A DNA stretch of 27,271 nt, taken from the IMG/VR virus record IMGVR_UViG_3300028559_000160, positions 1-27,271 of that record; one strand, written 5' to 3'. Positions within the stretch are counted from its first letter, which is position 1; each line of letters begins with the position of its first letter. Shown here one piece after another: positions 1-9,300 of this stretch. Made by a program: the position numbers and the translations under genes. The stretch is from a virus (taxonomy: Duplodnaviria > Caudoviricetes). The notes below the pieces were generated by a model, which was not told where the DNA came from, did not search any database, and saw only the letters and a list, made by a program, of their open reading frames with translations.

Positions 1-38
1 TTTTCGGGTAATAGATCAGAGGTATAGTTTGTAATCAT
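1..38 (-). CDS. Possible 5' end of a gene running off the left edge (MITNYTSDLLPE[K/N]...)
   Basis: ATG at 38-36 on the minus strand, open to the window edge, 65 nt downstream of the 104-649 gene. 'LLPEK' would loosely fit the '..EKYRP' start of clamp-loader subunits, but only 12 codons are visible. Confidence 0.25.
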   Translation of the reverse strand, partial: MITNYTSDLLPE

Positions 39-103
39 AAATTTGACAAAGAATGTATGTGAATAACTTAAGCCATTCTACGCCAAAATACTAGTTAATC
101 TAC

Positions 104-649
104 TTAGTATTTTCTTTTTGGCGAGTTTCCTGCACCTGGTTTTTTATCATCCCACTTTGTACCACCAGGCAATTGTACATTCTTGTTTTGAAGGTTAATA
201 TCAAAATCAGCTGATTGTTCAGCTTCTGTTTCTTCAGGCTTAATATTAATTTTAGATTTACGCTTTAATGAATCAGGAACTGGACCTCTATTAATACCAT
301 CATCTTGAAGTTCAAAAGCTTCAATAGGCACTGTCATTGGGTTACGATAAAGACCAGGGGCATATTCAATAATAACATCTGCAAAAATAGCATCAGGAGA
401 CTCTGTCCCACCGCGATAGTTCTGAGAAGTTGTTGGGTAAACTGATTTAAGAGCAGAAACTCTCAAGTTAAGATCAAAACTTGGATCCATACAAGCTTTA
501 ACAATATCAATGAAGTTCTGACCTTTACCCTTAAAGAACTCCATGGAAAGAACGTTCTTTTTAAAGCGAACTCGGTCTCCAATAAGAAAGCCACCCTGTT
601 GATATCGCTCTAAGACATTTTCGTATAATACATCAAATTTTGTTTCCAT
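104..649 (-). CDS. Hypothetical late-expressed phage protein (181 aa), possibly virion/head-associated
   Basis: Intact ORF ending in TAA, with a TAAATA motif 14 nt upstream on the minus strand. N-terminus KFDVLYENVLE..GGFLIGDRVRF; basic, low-complexity C-tail. Function not recognised. Confidence 0.8.
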   Translation of the reverse strand: METKFDVLYENVLERYQQGGFLIGDRVRFKKNVLSMEFFKGKGQNFIDIVKACMDPSFDLNLRVSALKSVYPTTSQNYRGGTESPDAIFADVIIEYAPGLYRNPMTVPIEAFELQDDGINRGPVPDSLKRKSKINIKPEETEAEQSADFDINLQNKNVQLPGGTKWDDKKPGAGNSPKRKY

Positions 650-663
650 AGTTATTCTGATAT

Positions 664-670
664 TATTTAT
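664..670 (-). promoter_or_regulatory. T4-type late-promoter-like motif (ATAAATA) for the 104-649 gene
   Basis: tatttat at 664-670 reads ATAAATA on the minus strand; it is the partner of a divergent motif at 683-689. Confidence 0.6.
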
Positions 671-682
671 GCAACTCTTGTA

Positions 683-689
683 CTAAATA
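683..689 (+). promoter_or_regulatory. T4-type late-promoter-like motif (CTAAATA) upstream of gp25
   Basis: TAAATA core at 684-689, 9 nt before ATG 699; the same core recurs before most structural genes here. Confidence 0.65.
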
Positions 690-698
690 ATAGTGTAA

Positions 699-1196
699 AT
701 GGCTATAAAAATTAAAAGTTTAGAGCAAGCTGCTAAAAATTACGTAGAGCAAAAATATGTATATAAGGATCTTCAGCTTGATTTAGAACTTGTTAAGATC
801 CTGTCCCCAGGGTTCAAACAAAGTATACCTAGTAATGATGTGAAAGCGTCTTTTGATCTAAAAGCTATTACAAATTCTTTACTTAATCTCTTTAACACTC
901 TACCCGGACAGAGGTTTTTGTTTCCTGAATACGGCTTAAGCCTACAACAATTTTTATTTGAACCTATTACAGTTGATAACGGTAATTTAATAGGCAATGC
1001 TATCTTTGAGGGTATTAGAGCATATGAACCTAGAGTAAAACCTCGCCAAGTACGAGTAATCGGGGACCCTGATAGCAATCAATACAGAGTTAACATAAAT
1101 ATCGAAATACCTATTTTCAATATTACTACCGATACCACTTTTTTGCTAGACCTTAAATCTCAATCTTTTATAACAATAGAACCCTCTCAATCCTAA
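699..1196 (+). CDS. gp25: Baseplate wedge subunit / sheath initiator, gp25 (GPW_gp25 family)
   Basis: Motifs YKDL.LD, AI.NSL.NLFNT.PGQR...PEYG..L..FLFEP and YEPRV are typical of T4 gp25; it lies directly upstream of a gp6 homologue. Confidence 0.92.
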   Translation: MAIKIKSLEQAAKNYVEQKYVYKDLQLDLELVKILSPGFKQSIPSNDVKASFDLKAITNSLLNLFNTLPGQRFLFPEYGLSLQQFLFEPITVDNGNLIGNAIFEGIRAYEPRVKPRQVRVIGDPDSNQYRVNINIEIPIFNITTDTTFLLDLKSQSFITIEPSQS

Positions 1197-1199
1197 AAT

Positions 1200-3032
1200 A
1201 TGGCAACTAACTCAAATAATAACTTTGATATACCAAAAGACGGTTATGTGTCTTTTGATGCTCTGTCTTTACGTCAATTAATCATAGAAAGGTTAAACGC
1301 TCAGAATGTTTTTACTGATCAAAATTTCATCGGTTCTAATTTAGCAGCGATTATAGATATTGTTGCTTATTCATATAATACGTTAATTTACTATTTAAAC
1401 AGAACTTCAACTGAATCAATGTTTTCTGAAGCTCAGCTTTATGAAAACATTAATCGTATAGTTAAAATTTTAGATTACAAGCCGGTTGGTTTTCAAACAT
1501 CTACTCTCTCTTTTGATTGTTCTGCTCAAAATTTTTCATCAGGCTTGTATACTATACCTCGTTACTCGTATATTACAACAAATAATATATCGTTCTCTTT
1601 TAATGAAGACATCACATTTGCAAAAACTGTTCCAGTAGAGATTGAAAATTTAACAGAACTTGCACAACAAAAACTTCTATATCAGGGTAAGTATCAAGAG
1701 TATCCAATCTATAATGCGACTGGGGATGATAATGAATTATTAATACTAGATACTACTAATATTAATATAGACCACTTTAATATCGATGTATATGTAAAAT
1801 CAGGTCTGACAAATATTTGGAAGCTTTATACAAAAACAGCTAATCTATATCTAGAAGATGGTTACACCGAGAAGTATGAAATACGCCTTAATGCTAATAA
1901 GCGTTACGAAATAAAATTTGGTAATGATATAAACGGTAAAAAATTACAAGCTGGAGATCAAATTGCTGTTTATTATTTAGTTAGTAACGGAACTAATGGG
2001 GAGATAGGACCTAATGTTTTTGAATCTTCTAATACAGGTTTATTTCTGTATAACACCCCACAGTATAATGAAATTACAAATAGCATTAACGGTAATCTTA
2101 GATATATAACAAATCAAGAAACTAACAATTTATTTTTTAGTAATACCACATCTTCAACTTTATCTCAACCTGGAGAAGAAGCTGAACAAGTTCGGGCTAA
2201 CGCTCCTGCTTTATATAAAAGTCAGTATCGCTTAGTAACCGCCAGAGACTATGAAGTCTTTATAAAAACAAATTTTGCAAATTTAATAACTGACGTTAAA
2301 GCTGTTAATAATTGGGAATATGTTTCTGGTTATTTAAAATACTTTTATGATATCGGTTTAATTAATCCTGCTAATACAGAAAGAGCTCTCTTTAATCAAT
2401 TACTATATTCTGATAGCTGCAATTTTAATAACATATATCTTATAGTTGTACCAAAAAATTCAACTTTAACATCTTTAGATTATCTACTACCTGCCCAAAA
2501 AGAACTTATTAACTCTTCTATCTTACCTACAAAAATGGCAACAACTGAAACTACCTTTATTGACCCAGTTTATAAAGGAGTATCGTTTGGTGTTCAAATA
2601 TCTTTATCAGAAGATTTAGCTATTGATAATATAGGGGATTTAAGCCGTATACGAGTTTACAAAAAAGCAGACTCTCGTCGAGATAACGATTCAATAAAAA
2701 AAGATATTAGCAATATTTTTACTGATTATTTTAGTAAACGTAATATGAAACTAGGTCAAACTCTTGATTTAAGATTTTTAACTCAGTCTATATTAGGGGT
2801 AAACGGTGTTGATTATTTTGTAACAACTAGAATTGATGCTCCTGAAGTAGTAGTGCAAGGCCTTTCTCTCTTTGTATGGAACCCCTTATATTTAGAAAAT
2901 GACTTTCAGGTAACTCAAAACAATATAACCTCTAAATATTTTGAATATTTTTACTTTGACGGTCTACAAAATATTGAAAATAAAATTGAAATAGAATCAG
3001 TAGTAGGAAATTTTTCAACTACTGAATATTAA
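1200..3032 (+). CDS. gp6: Baseplate wedge subunit gp6 (baseplate J-like)
   Basis: N-terminal FD...Q..FTDQNFIGSNL..IID.VAY......N....E..FSEA......I...LDYKP, central YEIKFGND..GK...GD.I...YL.S.G, and QYRLVTARDY match T4-like gp6 motifs; 610 aa. Confidence 0.92.
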   Translation: MATNSNNNFDIPKDGYVSFDALSLRQLIIERLNAQNVFTDQNFIGSNLAAIIDIVAYSYNTLIYYLNRTSTESMFSEAQLYENINRIVKILDYKPVGFQTSTLSFDCSAQNFSSGLYTIPRYSYITTNNISFSFNEDITFAKTVPVEIENLTELAQQKLLYQGKYQEYPIYNATGDDNELLILDTTNINIDHFNIDVYVKSGLTNIWKLYTKTANLYLEDGYTEKYEIRLNANKRYEIKFGNDINGKKLQAGDQIAVYYLVSNGTNGEIGPNVFESSNTGLFLYNTPQYNEITNSINGNLRYITNQETNNLFFSNTTSSTLSQPGEEAEQVRANAPALYKSQYRLVTARDYEVFIKTNFANLITDVKAVNNWEYVSGYLKYFYDIGLINPANTERALFNQLLYSDSCNFNNIYLIVVPKNSTLTSLDYLLPAQKELINSSILPTKMATTETTFIDPVYKGVSFGVQISLSEDLAIDNIGDLSRIRVYKKADSRRDNDSIKKDISNIFTDYFSKRNMKLGQTLDLRFLTQSILGVNGVDYFVTTRIDAPEVVVQGLSLFVWNPLYLENDFQVTQNNITSKYFEYFYFDGLQNIENKIEIESVVGNFSTTEY

Positions 3033-3040
3033 TAAAAACT

Positions 3041-6000
3041 ATGATACAAACTAGTTTTTTAACAACTCCTTTAACAGGTAATGTATATGTAACAGATTTT
3101 ACTTTTACAGACCAAACTACTAGTGTTGCCCCTATTGCAACTCGTATATGGAGTTTTGGAGATCAAACATACACTTATAATACTATCTCTCCTACCCACG
3201 TATATACCTATCCAGGTGTATATACTGTTTCTTTAACTGCTACTGACACTTTAGGTAGTATCTACGTAGACACTCAAAATATAACAGTAGACTATGCTTT
3301 TAGAGATGCTTTACAATTTTTAGAAATACCTGATAGCTATGCCAACCCGGGTGTAAGTACTTCAACAACCTTTAAAGTTGGTGTAACCTCTGCTCAAATA
3401 AATGTACCACTTATTGTCAATCTTTTTGCAACAAACTCTAAATCTACCCCTTATCAATTTGTACCTGATAAGTGGAAATTCTTAACACCCACTTGGAGAT
3501 TTCTAGATAAAAATTACAATACTATTACATCTCTTTCTGTCGAAGCAGTACCTCTTTATGTAAATAATAAAGTTGCTGCGGTTTCCGGAGAAGTTGAATT
3601 TTATTATATCGATGACTTATATTCTAGTCCCCCGAATGTATGTGGACCTCTTTTGCTTACAGCTACCCTTGAAACATCAGGGTTTATTTACCCTTTAGAT
3701 TCTAAAATTTACGACTATTTTAGTTATGCAAACAATAAAACAGTACGTACTGGTCTCTTGTGGCAGGTAAATAATATTTTACCTGATTATCTTAAAGTTT
3801 CAGAAAATTATATAAATGATATTTACCCGCAAAAATGGAATGGAGTAAAAATACCGTTTACTGTTACATGTCAGAGTAGTAGAGCTAGTCTTTTATCAGG
3901 ATCAGACTCTGCAGAATCCGGTATAATATTTTCTTACCCTGAGAGTAATAATTTAGGACTACAATCTAACATTTTTGTAAAACTATCAAATACTGATAAT
4001 TTTACTGTTGATGAAGCTCCCTTACACTTTAAAGCTACAGATGATAATGGATCTACAACTGGGGGTTTTATATTTACAACAATAACCCCGACAACCTCAA
4101 TAGATACAACTAACATTTTAGTCAGTACTGTAGCATATATAGACATTGATATTGAAACAAACAAATTTACTTACCCTGTTGGATATACACCCAACCCCTT
4201 TGTATGGGTATCAAATCCTGAACGCAACACCATAAATAGAGTTACTCTAGAGCCCTATTTTAATACTTGCCCCAGTATTAATGAGTATAAAAATAATAGA
4301 GTATTAGTAGAGGGGTATGTTAAAGCAATATCTGTACCTAAAGTTGAACTAAATACAACATATAATTATTCCATGTCTGGTTTTGCTGGTATATATGGTA
4401 TGGCAATAGATCCAAGACGACATGAGCTTATTGCAACTGACGCTGAATTAGATCGTATTTATAAATTTTCTAGTCAGGGCTTACTCTTAAGCACTATAGA
4501 ATTATCGAGTATTACAGGCTATTCACCAGTAACAGGTGGACCCACCCCTTCTAATATAAGTATTGACGAAAATTATAACTTCTATGTATCATTGTTTAAT
4601 GCAGTTTCAGTTTTAAAGTTTGATAAGGAATTTAATTATCTTTATACACTGACACCTTCAGGTATTGATATTGAAGAAATTATTAATGGGGATAATATTT
4701 TAAAACCCCCTACTGTAGAAACAGATAGAGAAAATAATGTTTGGGTAACATACGCTTACCCACTTTGTAGTTTATTAGTAAAATATAATTCAACAGGGCA
4801 ACCTATATTACAAATACCTTTAAGCTCATATATTATACCTGTAAGTATTGCCATTACCCCAGACAACAGTGTTTGGGTAGGTAATAATATTGTTACAACT
4901 GTTACACCCTCTACTGCTGTACCTTTTCTAGTACAAGATACAATACTCAATTACATACCTGGCTACCAAATAACTACTGGTAATTTACAATTGTTTAGTG
5001 CTAATGGTACACTTTTAAGTACTGTATCAGGATTTATAAACCCTAGCTATTTGGCATTAGATAGAAATAACAGTTTATGGTTCACTCACGGTATTCGCAA
5101 TATTGGTTATATTGATATAAACGGTAATACAGGTTCTTGGCGTGTCAATAATGAGTCTAATGAAGAACAAGTTAAATTTCAACCACTCGATGAGGTTTAT
5201 ATAGAAGATGAGTCAGTTATAGGTAGTGATCAAGAGCTAATAGTTTTAGACGCAGATGAAGAGCTAGGGGGTCTTGGAGTCGATGTTTACAATAGAGTTT
5301 GGGTTATTGATTCTTTAACTAATCTTGTTTATGCTTTTTCTGCTACTTCTACTATATCGAATGATCAAATTCAAATTGCAAAAATTTACCCTGATTCTAC
5401 AATTGGTTATTTTAATAATTTAAACGATACCTTTACATACACTACTACAAGTGAATTTTTTAAATCCGCTCAAGCCAATGGCGACTGGACTGGTAACAGA
5501 TGGTATCAAAAATATTTTAGACCATCTGCAGTTTCTGCAATACCCTTATCAGGAATTTCTACTTCTTTTAGTATTAAACCATTTATTAATAACACAGAAA
5601 TATACCGCATTAATGAAAACTTTAATAATGCTAATTATTTTAAATCTCTTATACTACCTGACTCCCTAAATAAGAATACAAATTTACTTGATAATTTTTT
5701 CGGTGCAGCTGTAGGCACTAGTACACCTAGCGCTTATGAAGATCTGGGACAAATAGTTTATGAAAGAATTGCCAATTTTGTTTACAATCACACCGATGTA
5801 GATACCTGTAATATAGATCAACTTCTGTCTCTTGCTGATCAAATGGATGTTTTTGCTGCCAACTACGATTTAACGTTACCAAGCGAGATTAAAAAATATC
5901 TAGATATTGCATCGATTTCTAAAAATAAACTTTGGGGTCTGAGATCCCCGATACCTCTTTCAGCTTTAAGTATTGGATCTAAACTAAACACTCGAACAGA

Positions 6001-6331
6001 TTATATAACAGCTGGTACTTATATTTACCTACAAAGTAAGTTTGATTCAAAATATACGTTCTATCAAGTACCTCTATTGAGTAGTTCTACAATTTACCCG
6101 TTATCGTCATTACAGGGTTACGGTTTTGTTCAGCCCGTATTAGCAAATTACCTTTTTTATAAATTTGTACCTAGATATACTGATAATTTTATTGAAAACT
6201 ACATAGACTGGCAAAACCCCAATACTACCCTATCTCCCTATCTATCTACAACTATAGAGTGGTACGGAGATAACGGAGCTATTGAAACAGCATTTAACTA
6301 TTTGTTAACTGAGAATCTAGTAGTTAAATAA
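3041..6331 (+). CDS. Large baseplate-associated protein: N-terminal PKD domain, NHL-like beta-propeller, C-terminal gp7/P2-gpI-like segment
   Basis: PKD motif FTDQT...WSFGD....SPTHVYTYPGVYTVSLTA. Propeller blades IYGMAID..LIATD, PSNISID.N.NFYV, P.SIAITPDNSVWV, PSYLALDRNNSLW. C-terminal DVDTCNIDQLLSLADQM. It occupies the T4 gp7 position after gp6. Confidence 0.75.
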   Translation: MIQTSFLTTPLTGNVYVTDFTFTDQTTSVAPIATRIWSFGDQTYTYNTISPTHVYTYPGVYTVSLTATDTLGSIYVDTQNITVDYAFRDALQFLEIPDSYANPGVSTSTTFKVGVTSAQINVPLIVNLFATNSKSTPYQFVPDKWKFLTPTWRFLDKNYNTITSLSVEAVPLYVNNKVAAVSGEVEFYYIDDLYSSPPNVCGPLLLTATLETSGFIYPLDSKIYDYFSYANNKTVRTGLLWQVNNILPDYLKVSENYINDIYPQKWNGVKIPFTVTCQSSRASLLSGSDSAESGIIFSYPESNNLGLQSNIFVKLSNTDNFTVDEAPLHFKATDDNGSTTGGFIFTTITPTTSIDTTNILVSTVAYIDIDIETNKFTYPVGYTPNPFVWVSNPERNTINRVTLEPYFNTCPSINEYKNNRVLVEGYVKAISVPKVELNTTYNYSMSGFAGIYGMAIDPRRHELIATDAELDRIYKFSSQGLLLSTIELSSITGYSPVTGGPTPSNISIDENYNFYVSLFNAVSVLKFDKEFNYLYTLTPSGIDIEEIINGDNILKPPTVETDRENNVWVTYAYPLCSLLVKYNSTGQPILQIPLSSYIIPVSIAITPDNSVWVGNNIVTTVTPSTAVPFLVQDTILNYIPGYQITTGNLQLFSANGTLLSTVSGFINPSYLALDRNNSLWFTHGIRNIGYIDINGNTGSWRVNNESNEEQVKFQPLDEVYIEDESVIGSDQELIVLDADEELGGLGVDVYNRVWVIDSLTNLVYAFSATSTISNDQIQIAKIYPDSTIGYFNNLNDTFTYTTTSEFFKSAQANGDWTGNRWYQKYFRPSAVSAIPLSGISTSFSIKPFINNTEIYRINENFNNANYFKSLILPDSLNKNTNLLDNFFGAAVGTSTPSAYEDLGQIVYERIANFVYNHTDVDTCNIDQLLSLADQMDVFAANYDLTLPSEIKKYLDIASISKNKLWGLRSPIPLSALSIGSKLNTRTDYITAGTYIYLQSKFDSKYTFYQVPLLSSSTIYPLSSLQGYGFVQPVLANYLFYKFVPRYTDNFIENYIDWQNPNTTLSPYLSTTIEWYGDNGAIETAFNYLLTENLVVK
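6324..6330 (+). promoter_or_regulatory. Late-promoter-like TTAAATA overlapping the preceding stop codon
   Basis: TAAATA at 6325-6330, 18 nt before GTG 6349. The overlap with AAA-TAA means it could be incidental. Confidence 0.45.
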
Positions 6332-6348
6332 TAATATAACTATTAGCC

Positions 6349-9300
6349 GTGGCAATCAACACTCAACAGTTAAATTTGTTTTCAAAGCCTATTTCTCAAG
6401 CAACTTCTGCAAGAGATACGAATAGCCCTTTGTCTTATAAAGAGTGGTATACTTCATATACCGGCATAATACCCGGGCAAGAGCTAGCATTGTATAACTC
6501 ATATCTGATAAATTGGTATAATCAAAAAAAAGATCAGTACACATCTCTTACTACGCAAACTAGATTAAATTATCTAACTCTTTTAAAGCAATTACAAATT
6601 TTTTATTCTAACGAAGAAGCTGAAAACTGGTACAGCCAGGTAAATTTAGATAGTGAAAAAGAATTATTAATAGCAATTCCTTATTTTGCAAAAAAATTAA
6701 AAGAAATAGCTCTTTATTATCTCAATATAAGAGAAGAAATAAAAAAGAATAAGATCAAATATAACGTTGTAGGCACTACCACCGGAGTTACACAAGAACT
6801 ACAAGAACAATTATTGACACTATTTACAAAGAGACCTAATCAAAGTGTATCTATACCGAGTAGTATTTGGACTAATATTTCCGAGCTTAGCTCTGTTAAA
6901 GATAATCTAGTTATACAATTTGAAGAACTGTATGACGATCATGAATATTCTGATCAAAGTGCCACACTACCAGTCTCTGCTTACTACAATTTAGATAGTA
7001 AAAATTTAAAAGATTTTTTTGAAACAAAAAATCTACCACTTACTGCTACTAACTGGATTTATAAGCAAGGTACATACGATATTAATGATGAGGAACTCAC
7101 TTTTAATATTGACCTTGCAACTCAGATCTTACAAAAATATATTGGAGAAAATAAATTTGCTGTTTCAACATCTACTCCAGCCCCTAGTTCTTCTACAGAG
7201 TTTTATGATATAGTTATATCGTCTGGTAATAACAATTTTTATTGGCCTAAGGGTGTTTACAAGCCTGACATTTCTACAGTTACTATATATAAACCTGTAC
7301 CGCTGACAGCTTCAAATATACAAGACCTTGGGGTAGCAGGAGACTCTATTCTTAACTCTGACACTATATTTGTTAAAAGTGCTAAAGGTATTGAAGGAGC
7401 TTGGTTAAGATTTAAACAATACGATGAAACGGATGCAGCTGTTAATTCTTATATTGAAGGAAATAAAACAACCACATTTAAGTTCCCGTTTCCTGGTTTT
7501 GGTTTATCTGGAGAAGATATTGAATGGTCTGGCCCAAGCTTAAACTTCACAACTGAATATTCTTATTTAGAAACTGAAATAAAAGAAGCAATTAATGCTG
7601 CTTATTGGAATACAGACACTAGCAACTTTCAAATAACCCCTATTAGTTTAAACTCTACAACTTTAATAGATTCTGGAGCTTATGCTAATGATTCATATTT
7701 ACTTGCAGACAAAATAACAATTCGCCCTAACCCACCACTTTACGATTCTACTAATTACTCTGGGGAAATACAAGAAGCTTGGTTATATAAAATTACCAAA
7801 ACAGATATACCTGTTAATATTGGTAATAGTGTTATTGTGTGGCCCTACCAGAGAGTTGATCCTAATGAACAATTTCCTTCTTATATACCCTCTAATATAA
7901 ATACCGTTTGCGAGCCTTTAAATTTATCAAGCATACCGGTACCAGGGGCTACAAGTTCGAGATATCTATCGAGTGCTGATAAGATTTATAAAATTCAAAA
8001 CTATACAGATACAATAGATCTAGCAGTTGAATGTGCTTGGTTATCAGGAACAGAAGCTATTTATGAAAATCGCACCGGTGTTAGTCAGCCCAGTTTAAAC
8101 GGAATATTTAAATCAGGGGAATATAGTCGCTTTATTTGGGAGGGACCCGATCTAACAGATGCAGATTTAGTTTTTAAAACAATAAAACATCAACCTGATT
8201 GCACCTTCACGACAACGGCTACTTCTTATAAAGATTTTAGTCTTTGTACATGCTATCAAACACTTTTTACTCCATTTGGACATTCAGGTACTGATTATGA
8301 TGATAATAACAGAGTTGCTGATTTTATCGCAGAAGATCTAGTTCCGTTCGAAGCTTTTAACTTACTTAGTTGGCGAGATATTTTTAGTACAAATTATACG
8401 TCTAGCTCTGCTTTCGGATGGTATAGAACAAATAAAGAGATCGGATGGGGAGATGGCAGCTGGCGAACCGGTTCTTCCTTAGTAGACAACAAACTTTATC
8501 TTCGCTACGGTAAAACATATATATATTATCGAGCAAAAGATACATCTCTTAATAACACCTTACCTGAACTTGTCATTCGCTATCCTTATCTAAACCCTAG
8601 TGTAAAATGGATGAAGGCCATTAAAAATGAAATTAATGAATGGGTTAGTACCGATAGTGAAGCCGATATGGTTATCCGCCCGGGCGATTTATTGATTTAC
8701 GAAAAAACTGCTACTACATCCTATGACTATATAAGTTCAAGTACTAATATACAAAACATTGGTCCTACAGCAGCTAATATTAATACAATATGGTCTGACT
8801 ATAACTATGTAACTATTGGAGCTAGTCAGTTTGGAATCCCTCAATCGGTTACAGTTTTTTATCCTACAGATATATTTACAGTTAATGGAGCGAGGGATGT
8901 TGATCTATCAACAGATTACTCTCAATATCCATTTACTAATTATAATAATATTGTTAATGGTGTAGTTAACTGGAAGCTAACAGACCCGTTTAATCAGGAA
9001 TATTTTATAAACAATGTTGCCCGCTTTACATTCCAACCAAATGTAACTGGAGTTTATACAGTGATGTTAACTGCTATAACAGCAGCTAAAATTTTACCTG
9101 GAAAAACATACACATCGACCGAGTCAGGGCTCATGATATTTTCAGATATACCTCCTATAACCGCTATTGATACTTATATAACTCAAACTACCAATTTAAG
9201 TACCTACAGTATTATACGAAACGTTCCTGGGTTTGTTATTAACGCTCAACTATATGGGTGGAACTATAACACTAATAAGCCCGCATCTAACACTATTGGG

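Noticed and set aside
74-102. Possible sigma70-type promoter on the minus strand (TAGATT-17 nt-TAGAAT) for the gene leaving the window
   Set aside because: The -35 match is poor and such hexamers are frequent in AT-rich DNA; it cannot be supported from this window.
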